Assembly (NCBI GenBank): GCA_963804745.1
Contig: CAWDRY010000012.1
Span: forward strand, 30,562-94,561
Reading direction: 5' to 3'
Length of the DNA: 64,000 nt
From: an uncultured Gemmataceae bacterium
GTDB taxonomy: Bacteria; Planctomycetota; Planctomycetia; Gemmatales; Gemmataceae
The notes beneath the pieces were generated by a model that saw nothing but the letters and a program-made list of their open reading frames with translations, ran no database searches and was not told the origin of the DNA. The position numbers and the translations under genes were made by a program. Shown here piece after piece: positions 1 through 9,700 of the stretch (positions within the stretch are counted from its first letter, which is position 1; each line of letters opens with the position of its first letter).

Positions 1-1062
1 GAACTAGATTTTACGGATACTCTTGGGCGCGTACGTGATGTGTCGTTACTGGTCGGACCAAACACCTGCGGAAAGACAACTATCCTGGATGCTCTAGCCG
101 CCGCGATTGGTCCGACTACTGAGATCTACTCTCCCCGGCCGGGGTTTCTGCTAAGTCCCAGGGGCATCGTGCGAAAGGGGGCCTTGCACGCTAGAGTGAC
201 CTGCGATGTTTGGTTCACCGAAGAGGAGATCCATGCCACACGCGAAATTCTACGCCTCGCCGAAAAGAAGTGGTCCGTTCCAGATACACGCGAGATAAAG
301 GTCACCTGGCAGTACCCCGATCCCAGGAATGTAATTTCGAAATACCCGACCGGCTACACACAATTTGATCCCAAGTTCGCCTGGACACTGTTCAAAGGAA
401 GAATTGAGGCCGCGAGATTACTGTCAACAGCTCGAGTGAGCGGGGAATGGTTTAAGCGCGTTGGCGCGGTGTTCACATTTGACCAGCAGCGTACCGGCAT
501 GGGTAAGACGATCCCTCGGGATGTTTGGAATATCATCCACGGTGTTCCCAACGGTGAAGAACCGGATGGTAACGAGAGGCGTACATCAGACCCACGGACC
601 ATCTTGTTGTTTTTGGCCGTGCAATCGCTGCTTCCTCCTGCGGGCATGGGTCGGGCAGACGATTTCAAACTTATCCAAGAAAAATATGCGGAGATCTGTA
701 GCCCCCACCAGATCACCGGAGCTGCTCGAGATGACCTTGGCAACCTGGACATCCTCTTTAGCGATGGCCGTTACGAGTATGGCTATGACGGCCTGAGCAG
801 CGGTGAGCAAATGATCCTGTTGTTCCTGATCCGCATGGTAACCGAGCACATCCACCAGTCCATTGTGTTGATCGATGAAGTGGAGTTGCACGAGCATGCG
901 GTCTGGCAGCGGAAGCTCCTCCACCTGTTACCTAGAATGGGTGAAGGCAACCAGGTAATTGCGACCACGCACTCCGCTTATCTACGCGAGGTGGCCCTCC
1001 GTGGCGCCGTCAGAGACCTTGGTGATGTGAGCGAGGTTGCCGCCCCGGAAGGAGCCCAGTAG
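1..1062 (+). CDS. AAA_21 / ABC-type ATPase, AriA- or AbiLi-like; 5' end lies outside window
   Basis: Walker A GPNTCGKTT near N-terminus, ABC signature LSSGEQ, Walker B VLIDEVELHEH, H-loop ATTHS; frame open back to nt 1; stop TAG overlaps GTG start of next ORF (TAGTG). Confidence 0.6.
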   Translation, partial: ELDFTDTLGRVRDVSLLVGPNTCGKTTILDALAAAIGPTTEIYSPRPGFLLSPRGIVRKGALHARVTCDVWFTEEEIHATREILRLAEKKWSVPDTREIKVTWQYPDPRNVISKYPTGYTQFDPKFAWTLFKGRIEAARLLSTARVSGEWFKRVGAVFTFDQQRTGMGKTIPRDVWNIIHGVPNGEEPDGNERRTSDPRTILLFLAVQSLLPPAGMGRADDFKLIQEKYAEICSPHQITGAARDDLGNLDILFSDGRYEYGYDGLSSGEQMILLFLIRMVTEHIHQSIVLIDEVELHEHAVWQRKLLHLLPRMGEGNQVIATTHSAYLREVALRGAVRDLGDVSEVAAPEGAQ

Positions 1063-1969
1063 TGGCCGCCGTATACCTGTTTTGCGAAGGGGGCCCTGAC
1101 GGTTTGGACCTTCGCGCCCTCGACATCCTCGTTGCACAGCCTCCTCCAGTTTTCGTACAGATCGTGTCCGTGGGGGGCGAGAGGAACCTCAGGAGTGTTG
1201 CGTCCTGGCATGAGGAATGCTTGGGAGATGTGGCCCTAACCATAGAGGATCGGAACTATCGTACCCGCGTCGAGGCGGAGGCCACCTGGAAGACCACAGA
1301 CAACAGGCGGTTGATGTGGCTCAGGCATGAGGTTGAGAATTATCTGTTAGAACCGCGCATCGTCTGCTCGGCGTTCGAAATCCTTCCGGCGAACCGTTAC
1401 GGCCTCATGGGTACAACGGTTGCCTCGATCTCCCCAGGATGTCTTGGCATTACTGCAAGATCAGGCCCGACCCATGCTGGAGGATCACGCTGCTCGTGTC
1501 CTCCAGTGGGAGTTGCGCGAAATCAAGCGAGCGGCTGCCCAGACGGATCTTCGCCTACCAAAGCCGGATGCTCCCCAAGGCTCCTCCTACCCGCTCAGAA
1601 AACAATGGCTGGGCGCTCACCGAGGAAGTTGAGCGTCTGAAGCGGGATTGTCAAAAAGTCATCGACCTCCAGGCTCTTCATCCTGTTGCCGTTTTGGAAC
1701 GTTACGATGCCATCCTGGCACAGGTTCTCGATCCTGATTTCATCGCTTCGGGTGCGTTCTTGCGCAACATGGGCGGCCATCAACTTCTGACCGCCCTTCT
1801 TGTGCATCTCAGAAACCTGGGCCCCAGCCAGCTCGCGCTCGAGGAGATCGAAAATGAATTGCTTGGCGCGCTCCAACGGGAATATCAACCCGATCTGCTC
1901 TTTGATCCCGACGAGTTCCACATGCTGCGAGAGAGGGTGATGCGGTTTCATGGACGGCTGGGGCCGTAG
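1062..1969 (+). CDS. DUF4435 / OLD-type TOPRIM nuclease-like partner (AriB/AbiLii-like), reading frame broken twice (around 1410 and 1600)
   Basis: N-terminal VYLFCEGGPDGLDLRALD resembles the hydrophobic-x-x-EG-x-x-D TOPRIM start of DUF4435; three consecutive protein-like ORFs in frames 0,1,2 (1062..1640, 1420..1632, 1439..1969); translational coupling to upstream ATPase. Confidence 0.45.
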
Positions 1970-2753
1970 TGAACGGCTACAAGTGATTGAGGCGAACGTG
2001 AGGCAATTGAACGTCGTAACAACGCAATTGATCTCTATCATCGGGCCGGTCTATCAGGAAGCCGATAACATTAAGCCGTTTTTGCGCGAGGTGCAAACCC
2101 ACGTTAGGGAACCACACGAGATTCTTATCGTTTACGACTTCCCCGAGGACAACACCCTGCCGGCTATTGCGGCCATGCAACCGCCTTGTCCGAACGTCCA
2201 CCTCGTTCACAACACGTTAGGGAGGGGTGTGCTCAACGCCGTCAAGGCGGGGTTCCAGGCCAGCACGGGCGACGTTGTGATCGTAATGATGGCCGACCGT
2301 TCCGACGACCCGCGCGACGTGCCGGCTCTGGCCCGCCTGATTCGGGAGGGAGCAGACGTGGCCGCAGGTTCACGCTATGCCCGCGGCGGTTCCCAGGTAG
2401 GCGGGCCGTTCATCAAGCGCACGCTGTCACGTCTGGCCGGCGTTTCGTTGCACTACCTGGCCGGGCTGCCGATCCGTGATGCCACGAACAATTTTCGGGC
2501 CTACAGCCGGCGTGTCATCGAGCAGATACCCATTGAGAGCGAGGCCGGTTTTGCCCTGGCGCTGGAGTTGACCCTGAAAGCACACTGGCGAGGCTGGCGA
2601 GTTGCCGAAACGCCGACGACCTGGCGGGACCGCACGGCGGGACAATCGCGTTTTCGGCTGTTCGCCTGGTTGCCACATTATATGCACTGGTACTGGCTGG
2701 CCTTGAAACGGGCGTGGCTGGGAGGCAGTCCGCTTCAGAACCCGAGCGCCTAG
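1950..2753 (+). CDS. family 2 glycosyltransferase (DPM1-like dolichol-phosphate mannosyltransferase family); true start probably near 1986-2020
   Basis: IIGPVYQEADNI (GT2 N-terminal beta-strand + Y-N/Q-E), DxD-like ADRSDD, C-terminal two TM-like helices. Confidence 0.75.
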   Translation: MDGWGRSERLQVIEANVRQLNVVTTQLISIIGPVYQEADNIKPFLREVQTHVREPHEILIVYDFPEDNTLPAIAAMQPPCPNVHLVHNTLGRGVLNAVKAGFQASTGDVVIVMMADRSDDPRDVPALARLIREGADVAAGSRYARGGSQVGGPFIKRTLSRLAGVSLHYLAGLPIRDATNNFRAYSRRVIEQIPIESEAGFALALELTLKAHWRGWRVAETPTTWRDRTAGQSRFRLFAWLPHYMHWYWLALKRAWLGGSPLQNPSA

Positions 2754-2822
2754 CGAGGCTTCTTTCCAGCAGGAAGCCGCCAACTCGGTACTGCGGGTTC
2801 GGCATTCACGACCTTGTAAATG

Positions 2823-2915
2823 GGGACACTTTGCTGGCCGAGGGTGGCGGCACGTTTGAAACGTGCCCTACAATCGGATAAAGCCTCAAGCCAGGAAGCA
2901 AAGTGTCCCATTGTC
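2823..2915. promoter_or_regulatory. nested inverted repeats upstream of S53 peptidase gene (outer GGGACACTTTGCT arms; inner perfect 9-bp palindrome GGCACGTTT-G-AAACGTGCC)
   Basis: read directly: gggacactttgctggc ... gccaggaagcaaagtgtccc; ggcacgtttgaaacgtgcc at ~2850. Confidence 0.3.
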
Positions 2916-3025
2916 CCAATTTTTTAACTCACTTCACGCTTGACAAATAGAAAACCGTCGATTACGCTCACAATGTTAGTTTTTTCCTGTCCGAAACAGA
3001 ATTTTCCAGCATCGGGGAGGGTAAC

Positions 3026-5041
3026 ATGCGTAAACTGTTGAAGTCTCGTGGCAAGCGCTCTGGGCGATTCTCCTTACCGGCACGGTTGCGGGCTTTTCTC
3101 CGCGTGGAGGAGCTGGAATCACGGACGCTTCCTTCAACTACGCAAATCTTTCCCATGGTGGCTGACCATGTTACTCCACTAGCCCGCACTGTCAACTTGG
3201 GGCCTTATAAGCCCGCGCAGATCACGAGTGCCTATGGCTTCAACCAGCAAACCAACACCGGTGCCGGTCAGACCATCGCCATCGTCGATGCCTTCGACGA
3301 TCCCACCATTGCTTCCGACCTGCAGACCTTCAACAATTACTTCACCCCGCCCCTGCCCACCTCGACATTCATCAAGGTGAATCAGAACGGCAACACCAGT
3401 TCCTTACCGCCGCCAGCGCCGGCCAATGACGACTGGACGCTTGAAGTTTCCCTCGACGTGGAATGGGCGCACGTTGTTGCTCCCGGTGCGAACATCGTGC
3501 TGGTGGAAGCCACCTCGGACAGCTGGAGCGATATGATGACGGCCGTTAACACCGCCGCCAATCCTGCCACTTACGCCACTCTTGGGCCGCAGAATAGTAG
3601 TATACCGGCTGCTTCGGTCGTGTCGATGAGCTGGGGCGGCAGTGAGTTTACCACCACAACCACCAGAACGAGAACTGGCACGATCACGTATCCGGGCGAG
3701 ACTACCTACGATAGTATCTTTGCGGCCTATCCCAATGTCACCTTCGTGGCCTCCTCCGGCGATGACGGCGCGCCGCCCATATGGCCCGCTGTCTCGCCCT
3801 ACGTCGTTGGCGTTGGCGGCACTAGGCTCACAGTGACGAACAATACCTACGGTGGTGAAACAGGCTGGAGCGACAGCGGCGGCGGCGTCAGCAAGTACGA
3901 ACCCATGCCGTCGTATCAGAGCGTGGTTGCGCCACAGTTTCAGACCGGCACCAAAACGGCCAACCTGAAGCGAACCAGCCCCGACGTGGCCTACAATGCC
4001 GACCCGAACTCAGGCGTATACGTTCTCGACAACTATGACGGCGGCTGGTGGGAGGTCGGCGGAACCAGCGCCGGCGCACCGCAGTGGGCCGGCTTGTTCG
4101 CTGATGTTAACCAACTGCGTGCATCGCCCATCGGCAGCGCCGCTCTCCCTGCTCTCTACAGCCTGACAGGCGTCACCAAAACAACCACCAACACCACCGA
4201 TTTCCACGACATCACGTCCGGCAACAATGGCTACGCGGCTAAGACGGGCTACGATCTTGTCACCGGCTTGGGCAGCCCGATTGCCAACGGCCCGACTGTA
4301 AACGGGATTGCCACCCCCGGGATTATCTCGGCCCTGGCGGCTTCCAACGCCTCACATCTCGCACTCGCCACAAGCACCCAGGCGCCGGCAACCACCACCA
4401 CGTCGTCACGGGACGGTGACCGGTGGTCGCACTCTGTGGACATCCGCACGCTCGTAAATGATCCCAGCTTGATGAACGCCCTTCTTTCCGGCACGAACAG
4501 CACAGGCCCGTGGCACATCGTTCCGGTCTACTTCGTGGCCCAGCCGGCCCCTGTTACCAACCTCAGCAACGGCCCGGCTGTCACCACTATTCAAAGTCCT
4601 CTCCCAACCAGCAGAACAGCCGTCCCGGTTCCTCTCAGCCTGTTGTCCAGCAGTATTGAGAGCAAAACGGACCTTCCCGACGACGCGGATGCCATCGACC
4701 CGATGCAAGATCAGAGCATGTTGCTCGTGCCGGACGCTGTGGCTCCTGCGCCGCTGCCAGCGAGCCTCCGGGTTGAACCCGGAGGAGGCTCGCCGGCCCC
4801 TGTTTTGTCGCAAGACCAGGCCGTGGATGCGTGTTTCGCACATTCACTCTGGTCGGACGGACAGATTCCTTCCAGCCTGTCTCGGTCCACGGACGCAGCA
4901 CCGGCATCGACCGTTGAGCAAACCAGCACCCCGGCCAGTCGCTCAGCGGCTTCGGCGGCGTTGTTCGTCATGCTCGGTGCCGTGTGGACTTCGTCGGCCA
5001 GGGATAACAAATCTCGCGTCCGCCGCTGGAACTGGCGGTGA
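3026..5041 (+). CDS. secreted S53 (sedolisin/kumamolisin-like) serine-carboxyl peptidase with long Pro/Ser/Thr/Ala-rich C-terminal region and hydrophobic+basic C-terminal tail
   Basis: AIVDAFDDPT, SSGDDGA, GGTSAGAPQWAG (S53 catalytic Ser motif); N-terminus RLRAFLRVEELESRTLPS Planctomycete-type leader; C-term LFVMLGAVWTSSARDNKSRVRRWNWR. Confidence 0.8.
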   Translation: MRKLLKSRGKRSGRFSLPARLRAFLRVEELESRTLPSTTQIFPMVADHVTPLARTVNLGPYKPAQITSAYGFNQQTNTGAGQTIAIVDAFDDPTIASDLQTFNNYFTPPLPTSTFIKVNQNGNTSSLPPPAPANDDWTLEVSLDVEWAHVVAPGANIVLVEATSDSWSDMMTAVNTAANPATYATLGPQNSSIPAASVVSMSWGGSEFTTTTTRTRTGTITYPGETTYDSIFAAYPNVTFVASSGDDGAPPIWPAVSPYVVGVGGTRLTVTNNTYGGETGWSDSGGGVSKYEPMPSYQSVVAPQFQTGTKTANLKRTSPDVAYNADPNSGVYVLDNYDGGWWEVGGTSAGAPQWAGLFADVNQLRASPIGSAALPALYSLTGVTKTTTNTTDFHDITSGNNGYAAKTGYDLVTGLGSPIANGPTVNGIATPGIISALAASNASHLALATSTQAPATTTTSSRDGDRWSHSVDIRTLVNDPSLMNALLSGTNSTGPWHIVPVYFVAQPAPVTNLSNGPAVTTIQSPLPTSRTAVPVPLSLLSSSIESKTDLPDDADAIDPMQDQSMLLVPDAVAPAPLPASLRVEPGGGSPAPVLSQDQAVDACFAHSLWSDGQIPSSLSRSTDAAPASTVEQTSTPASRSAASAALFVMLGAVWTSSARDNKSRVRRWNWR

Positions 5042-5071
5042 TGGTGAGCGGCCGCGCGCGCTGAATCTTAA

Positions 5072-5177
5072 GGCGAGTGGCAAGTGATACCTCCCTCGCT
5101 GACGCTTCGGGCCAATGTCACACTGGCCCGAAGCGTCAGCGAGGAATGGTAAATTGTTATCCGCCGCTCGTCTAATG
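5072..5177. repeat. ~105-bp palindromic MITE/REP-like element, copy A (ends X-left, Y-right; more diverged)
   Basis: ggcgagtggcaagtgatacctccctcgctgacgcttcgggcca...tggcccgaagcgtcagcgaggaatggtaaattgttatccgccgctcg. Confidence 0.8.
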
Positions 5178-5323
5178 TTAACTTCTCGCCCTTCTTCCCT
5201 CTCCATCTTTCCCGCTCTTTCCCCATCCTCCCGAAGTGTCCAGGCGAACCAAAACTGATACCTCTCTCAAACACCCTGATTTCTTTGCCGAAAGAACTTC
5301 CACTTTTCTTGCATCTGTGTTAT

Positions 5324-5425
5324 GGCGTGCGGCAAGTGATACCATCCCTCGCTCACGCTTCGGGCTAGTCTCACACTGGCCCGAAGCGTGAGCGAGGGAT
5401 GGTAAATCATCTTCTACCGCTCGCC
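5324..5425. repeat. palindromic MITE/REP-like element, copy B (X-left, Y-right)
   Basis: near-perfect long hairpin ggcgtgcggcaagtgataccatccctcgctcacgcttcgggc...gcccgaagcgtgagcgagggatggtaaatcatcttctaccgctcgcc. Confidence 0.85.
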
Positions 5426-5474
5426 TATCCGTGTAATCTGTGGTCAAAGGTCCAGGTTAAAGTTTTGTTTTCTC

Positions 5475-6569
5475 ATGAAATCTCACGATCACCCGCCGAG
5501 TGTTGTCTTGCGGTCCAGGCTATGCGTATTGTTGCTCGCCATCGCCCTCGTCGGGCTGACGGGTTGTCAGACGCTGCCTTCCGTTCGCCTTTGGAACCCC
5601 GTGGAAGTGCCTGCCGTTCGCGCTTGCGAGGTGCAACAGTTGCGCGACATCGTCTATTGCGACGGAGCGAAGGCAGATTCCTCTCGCCACCGTCTCGATC
5701 TGTATCTGCCCAGGGGAAGCAGGATTTCCCGGTCGTCGTGCTCGTTCACGGCGGCGCCTGGGTGATGGGCGACAATCGCTGTTGCGGGCTTTACACCAGC
5801 GTCGGGGAATATCTGGCCGGCCGGGGCATTGGCGTTGTCGTGCCCAACTACCGGTTGTCGCCGGGAGTGAAGCATCCCGAACATGTCAAGGACGTGGCCC
5901 GCGCGCTGGCCTGGACCCGGACTTTCATCGGCACCTTCGGCGGCTCGCCGGACAAGATCTTCCTCGCCGGCCATTCCGCCGGCGGGCATCTCGTCTCCCT
6001 GCTGGCGACGGATGATACCTACCTGAAGGCCGTGGGGCTGCGGACCCGCGACATCAAAGGCGTGATCTCAATCTGCGGCGTCTACCGCATTCCGGCGGGG
6101 AAGATGGAAGTCACCCTGGGCGGCGACAGCGAACGGGCCTTCCGGCTGAGCGAGATTTGTCCCATTCGCGGCACAGGCGATGCAGGCGGACCCAGGCCGG
6201 CCGTCTTGCCGGGCATTCCCGTGAGCCTCAACGTATTCGGCCCGGTTTTTGGCGAGGACCCGAAGGCGCGAGAGGCTGCCTCGCCCTTGAATTACGTTCG
6301 GCCCGGCCTGCCGCCGTTCCTTATTGTTTCGGCGGAGAATGACCTGCCCACTGTTGCAGGGATGGCGGAGGAGTTCCAGAAGGCCCTCGCGAAACAAGGG
6401 TGCGGGGCTTCAGCTCATCCGGATCGCGAATCGGAACCACAACAGCGTGATGTTCCGGGCGATTCAGGATGATGATCCGCTGGCCAGGGCGATGGTGGAG
6501 TTTGTCAGGCGGCGGAGCGGGGAAGAGCCGGGCGGAAGGAAACCGGGAGATGCGCGGGGCGGGCAGTGA
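5475..6569 (+). CDS. alpha/beta-hydrolase fold esterase/lipase (Abhydrolase_3-like) lipoprotein; two apparent frameshifts (~5715 in GGGG run, ~6405)
   Basis: signal peptide + lipobox LTGC; DLYLP...VVVLVHGGAWVMGD (HGG oxyanion motif), GHSAGGHL (GxSxG nucleophile elbow); C-terminus continues in ORF 6324..6569. Confidence 0.7.
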
Positions 6570-6593
6570 CGTCGCCACAGGACGATACAGTAA

Positions 6594-6700
6594 GGCGAGC
6601 GGCAGAAGATAATTTAGCATCCCTCGCTCACGCTTCTGGCCAGTGTGACACTGGCCCGAAGCGTGAGCGAGGGATGGTATCACTTGCCGCTCGCCTAATG
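6594..6700. repeat. palindromic MITE/REP-like element, copy C (Y-left, X-right; inverted relative to A/B), immediately 3' of the giant gene
   Basis: ggcgagcggcagaagataatttagcatccctcgctcacgcttctggccagtgtgacactggcccgaagcgtgagcgagggatggtatcacttgccgctcgcctaatg. Confidence 0.85.
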
Positions 6701-6705
6701 CCGCC

Positions 6706-9700
6706 TCATCTGTCCAGCCAAACATCATCGCTCGGCTGCCAGGCGCCGGCGCCAACCCTGAACAACTCCGATGAAACTTCAAGCCCGCTTGTGAGGATAG
6801 ACAGGGAGCCGGCATCGGCATCATCACCCATCTGCAACCACACCGAATCGCCCCGTTGATCCGCGCTCGGCGACTGCTCATCGCCGGGAACAGGCACCCC
6901 AACTCCCGCCGCTGGCCCGAAGAAGATCGAGGATAGAGGATGGAGAATGGAAGATAGAGGACGGCAAAGCGCTGGTTCCATCCTCAATCCTCCATTCTCC
7001 ATCCTCTCGCGCTGTGCAGGCTTGGCTGTCTCATCTCCCACGACCGCCACCGCAAGACCTGCGTTTGCCTGCACACCGGCTGCGACGGGAGACAGCACGT
7101 TAATGCACCCATCCAGCGCATCCCCCGCCGCATTGCTCGGCCGCGGTTCCAGATCGAACAGGAAATCATTCCCCTGCGCATCCGTCCCCCCCAACGCCGT
7201 CCATGCGCTCCCGGCATTCTGCATCAAGTTGATGATCGCCGCCCCCGCCGGCGCATCCGGCTTGACATGGAACGTAATCAGCGCCAGGCTGCCACCGGAC
7301 AACTCACCACTCACCACTCCACCACTCACCACTCCACCACTCACCACTCCACCACTCACCAGTCCGCGATACCCACTGATGTAAATAATCCCCGCCGCCC
7401 GGTCGACGTTGACCGTGAAGTTATCGAATGTCTGCGTCAGACTCCCCCGCACCACATCCCCCACCGAAACCACATCCACCCGGCTCGTGTCATAAGCAAT
7501 GACCAGATTCACCGAATCCAACCCAGCGAGCGGCGGGGTTGATCCCCGCCGTCCAGCCCCCGGGTCAAGATTCACCGGCACCACTACCTCCGCTTGCGGT
7601 TTCGCGCTGACCTCTGACCTCTGACCTCTGACCTCTGACCTCTGACCTCTGACCTCTGCCTGTCCGATACTCACCACCGGGTCCGGCCCCGTAACCCCCG
7701 GCGTCACCGCCGGCAGCACGGGAACGTTCGCCTGCGTAATCCCCACCGCTTCCCGTGCAATCTGCAAAGCATCCAACCCCGTCAGCACATTATCCCCGCT
7801 CACATCCCCGACGATGAGCGGATCAGCCAGCACCCACTGCCGAAACCCCGGATCAAGCCCGACCACCACACGCGAAATGCGCTGAGCATCAAGGCCGGTG
7901 TAAATTCCATCGCCGGTAACGTCGCCGAGGAAGCCCGAAACGTGAACGGCGGCGTCGTCCAGGGCGGTGATGCTGCCGCCGTTGATCTGAATGTTTTGCA
8001 AATCGAGGATTTCCTTCGCCCCATAACCCGCCGTGCTCGGCACCAACGCCGTCAATGTGGCAAAGATTGCCGATTCATTGTGACCAAGCACGATACCCGT
8101 TGGCGAGGAGTAAGTCACCACCGCCAGTCCCGGCGTAGCTACTCCACTCACTGTCAGCAGATTGGGATCATAAGCCAGGTTCAACGTTACCGAAGTAACG
8201 GTCACCGTCGCACTGCCCTCGTTCAATAACCTTACCGGAATTCCATCCGTCCCCTCCGTCCCATTCACCGCCTGCCCCGGCCCGCGCAAAGTCCGGCAAA
8301 CTAACAACCACCGCGTTGGGCGGGTTAATAACCACGAACGTGGTGACAAAATTATCCCCCGGCGTGCCGTCGCCGTTGCCGTCGAGCAAGTTGCCGTCAA
8401 CATCCTGGAACCCGTTGCTGGCACTGCGGAGTGTGACGGTATAGGTGCCGTCGGGCAGCACGCCAAACAGAGTTCCGGCAGCAGCACTACCGAGGACACC
8501 GCTCTGTCCGGTCTGGATGAAGGTGATGCGCTGCTGCCCTGCAACTGTATCGACGACCAGCGAGCCGCGAATTGGGCCGGCGCCGGTGCCGATGAGAGTG
8601 ACGTCTTCTGACCCCAGAGTGCCGGTCGAGTTGTCGTACAGGTTGAGCGAACTGGTGTCGAGTAGCCGGTCGAACACGGCCTCGAAGCCGGTGGCCGTGG
8701 GCGCAAAGGCAGTCACCCGTAACGTGGCTGCTTGGATTGACTGGATTAGCGGCGCGGACGTACTGCCCGGGAAGCCCGTGTCCCCGCCGTAGACCGCCGT
8801 GATCGAATGCCCGCCCACCGCCAGCCCGTTCGTGGTCCACGAAGCGTTGCCGCTACTGTCGAGCAGCCCTGTCCCCAGGCTCGTACTTCCGTCCATGAAC
8901 GTGACCGTGCCCGTAGGTGTACCGTCGCTGCTGCTGACCGTAGCCGTGAAGCCCACCGTTTGGCCCACCATCGCCGGATTGAGTGAAGACACCACGGTGG
9001 TCAAGGTTGATGGCAGGACCGTTATAAGCCCGTCGAGAGCATCACCGGCTGCATCGCTGGGCGCCGGTTGCAAGGTAAAATTGCCCAGGGCGGCGCCTGT
9101 CGCATCGCTGCCGTGCAGCACCGTCGTGGTCGTCTGCACGTGTTGCTGCAAGTTGATAATGGCTGCTCCCGGCAGCGCAGCCGCCTTGATGTGGAAATGA
9201 ATGATTGCCACACTGCCGCTGCCGAAACCGAAAATCGCGCCGGCCGACCGATAGGTACTCAGCCGAACCGTGCCCGCCGTATTGTCGTAATTGGCCACAA
9301 AGCCGTCAAACGTGCTGGTCAAGGTGCCCGGCTGAATGTCCCCCGCCGACAGGATTTCAAGCCGGCTGGTGTCGTAGGAGATGGCCAGATCGGCCTGCTC
9401 CAGGCTATCGGATCGATCCAGGTTTACCGGCACTGCGATGCTGCTACCGATTCCGCCGCTGAAGGTCGTGGGGATACTGATGGTAGCCACGGGCAATACG
9501 GTTTGCGTCAGGGCAACCGAGGTGCTGCCGGCGAAGTTCGTGTCGCCGCCGTAGACCGCGCTGATCGTATGCCGGCCGGGGGTCAGTGTCGTCGTGCTGA
9601 ACGTAGCCATGCTTCCCCTCTCCCCCTGGGAGAGGGGTAGGGGTGAGGGCGGCCGTGCCCAGCGGAATGCCGCCATCCTGGAACGTCAGCACCCCGCTCG

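Noticed and set aside
5068-6859. Small ORFs on both strands within MITE copies (5068..5274, 5178..5447, 6566..6859, 62022..62303, 62180..62419) sharing SLAHASGQCDTGPKRERGMV
   Set aside because: Because the element is a near-perfect palindrome, both strands give the same peptide. This is an artefact of repeat structure, not a gene family.
7302-7652. Possible CRISPR array from regularly spaced short repeats (also 39511-39614, 56303-56613)
   Set aside because: Units are directly tandem, or separated by non-unique repeated sequence, with no unique spacers. Several are in-frame within CDSs, and no cas genes are present.
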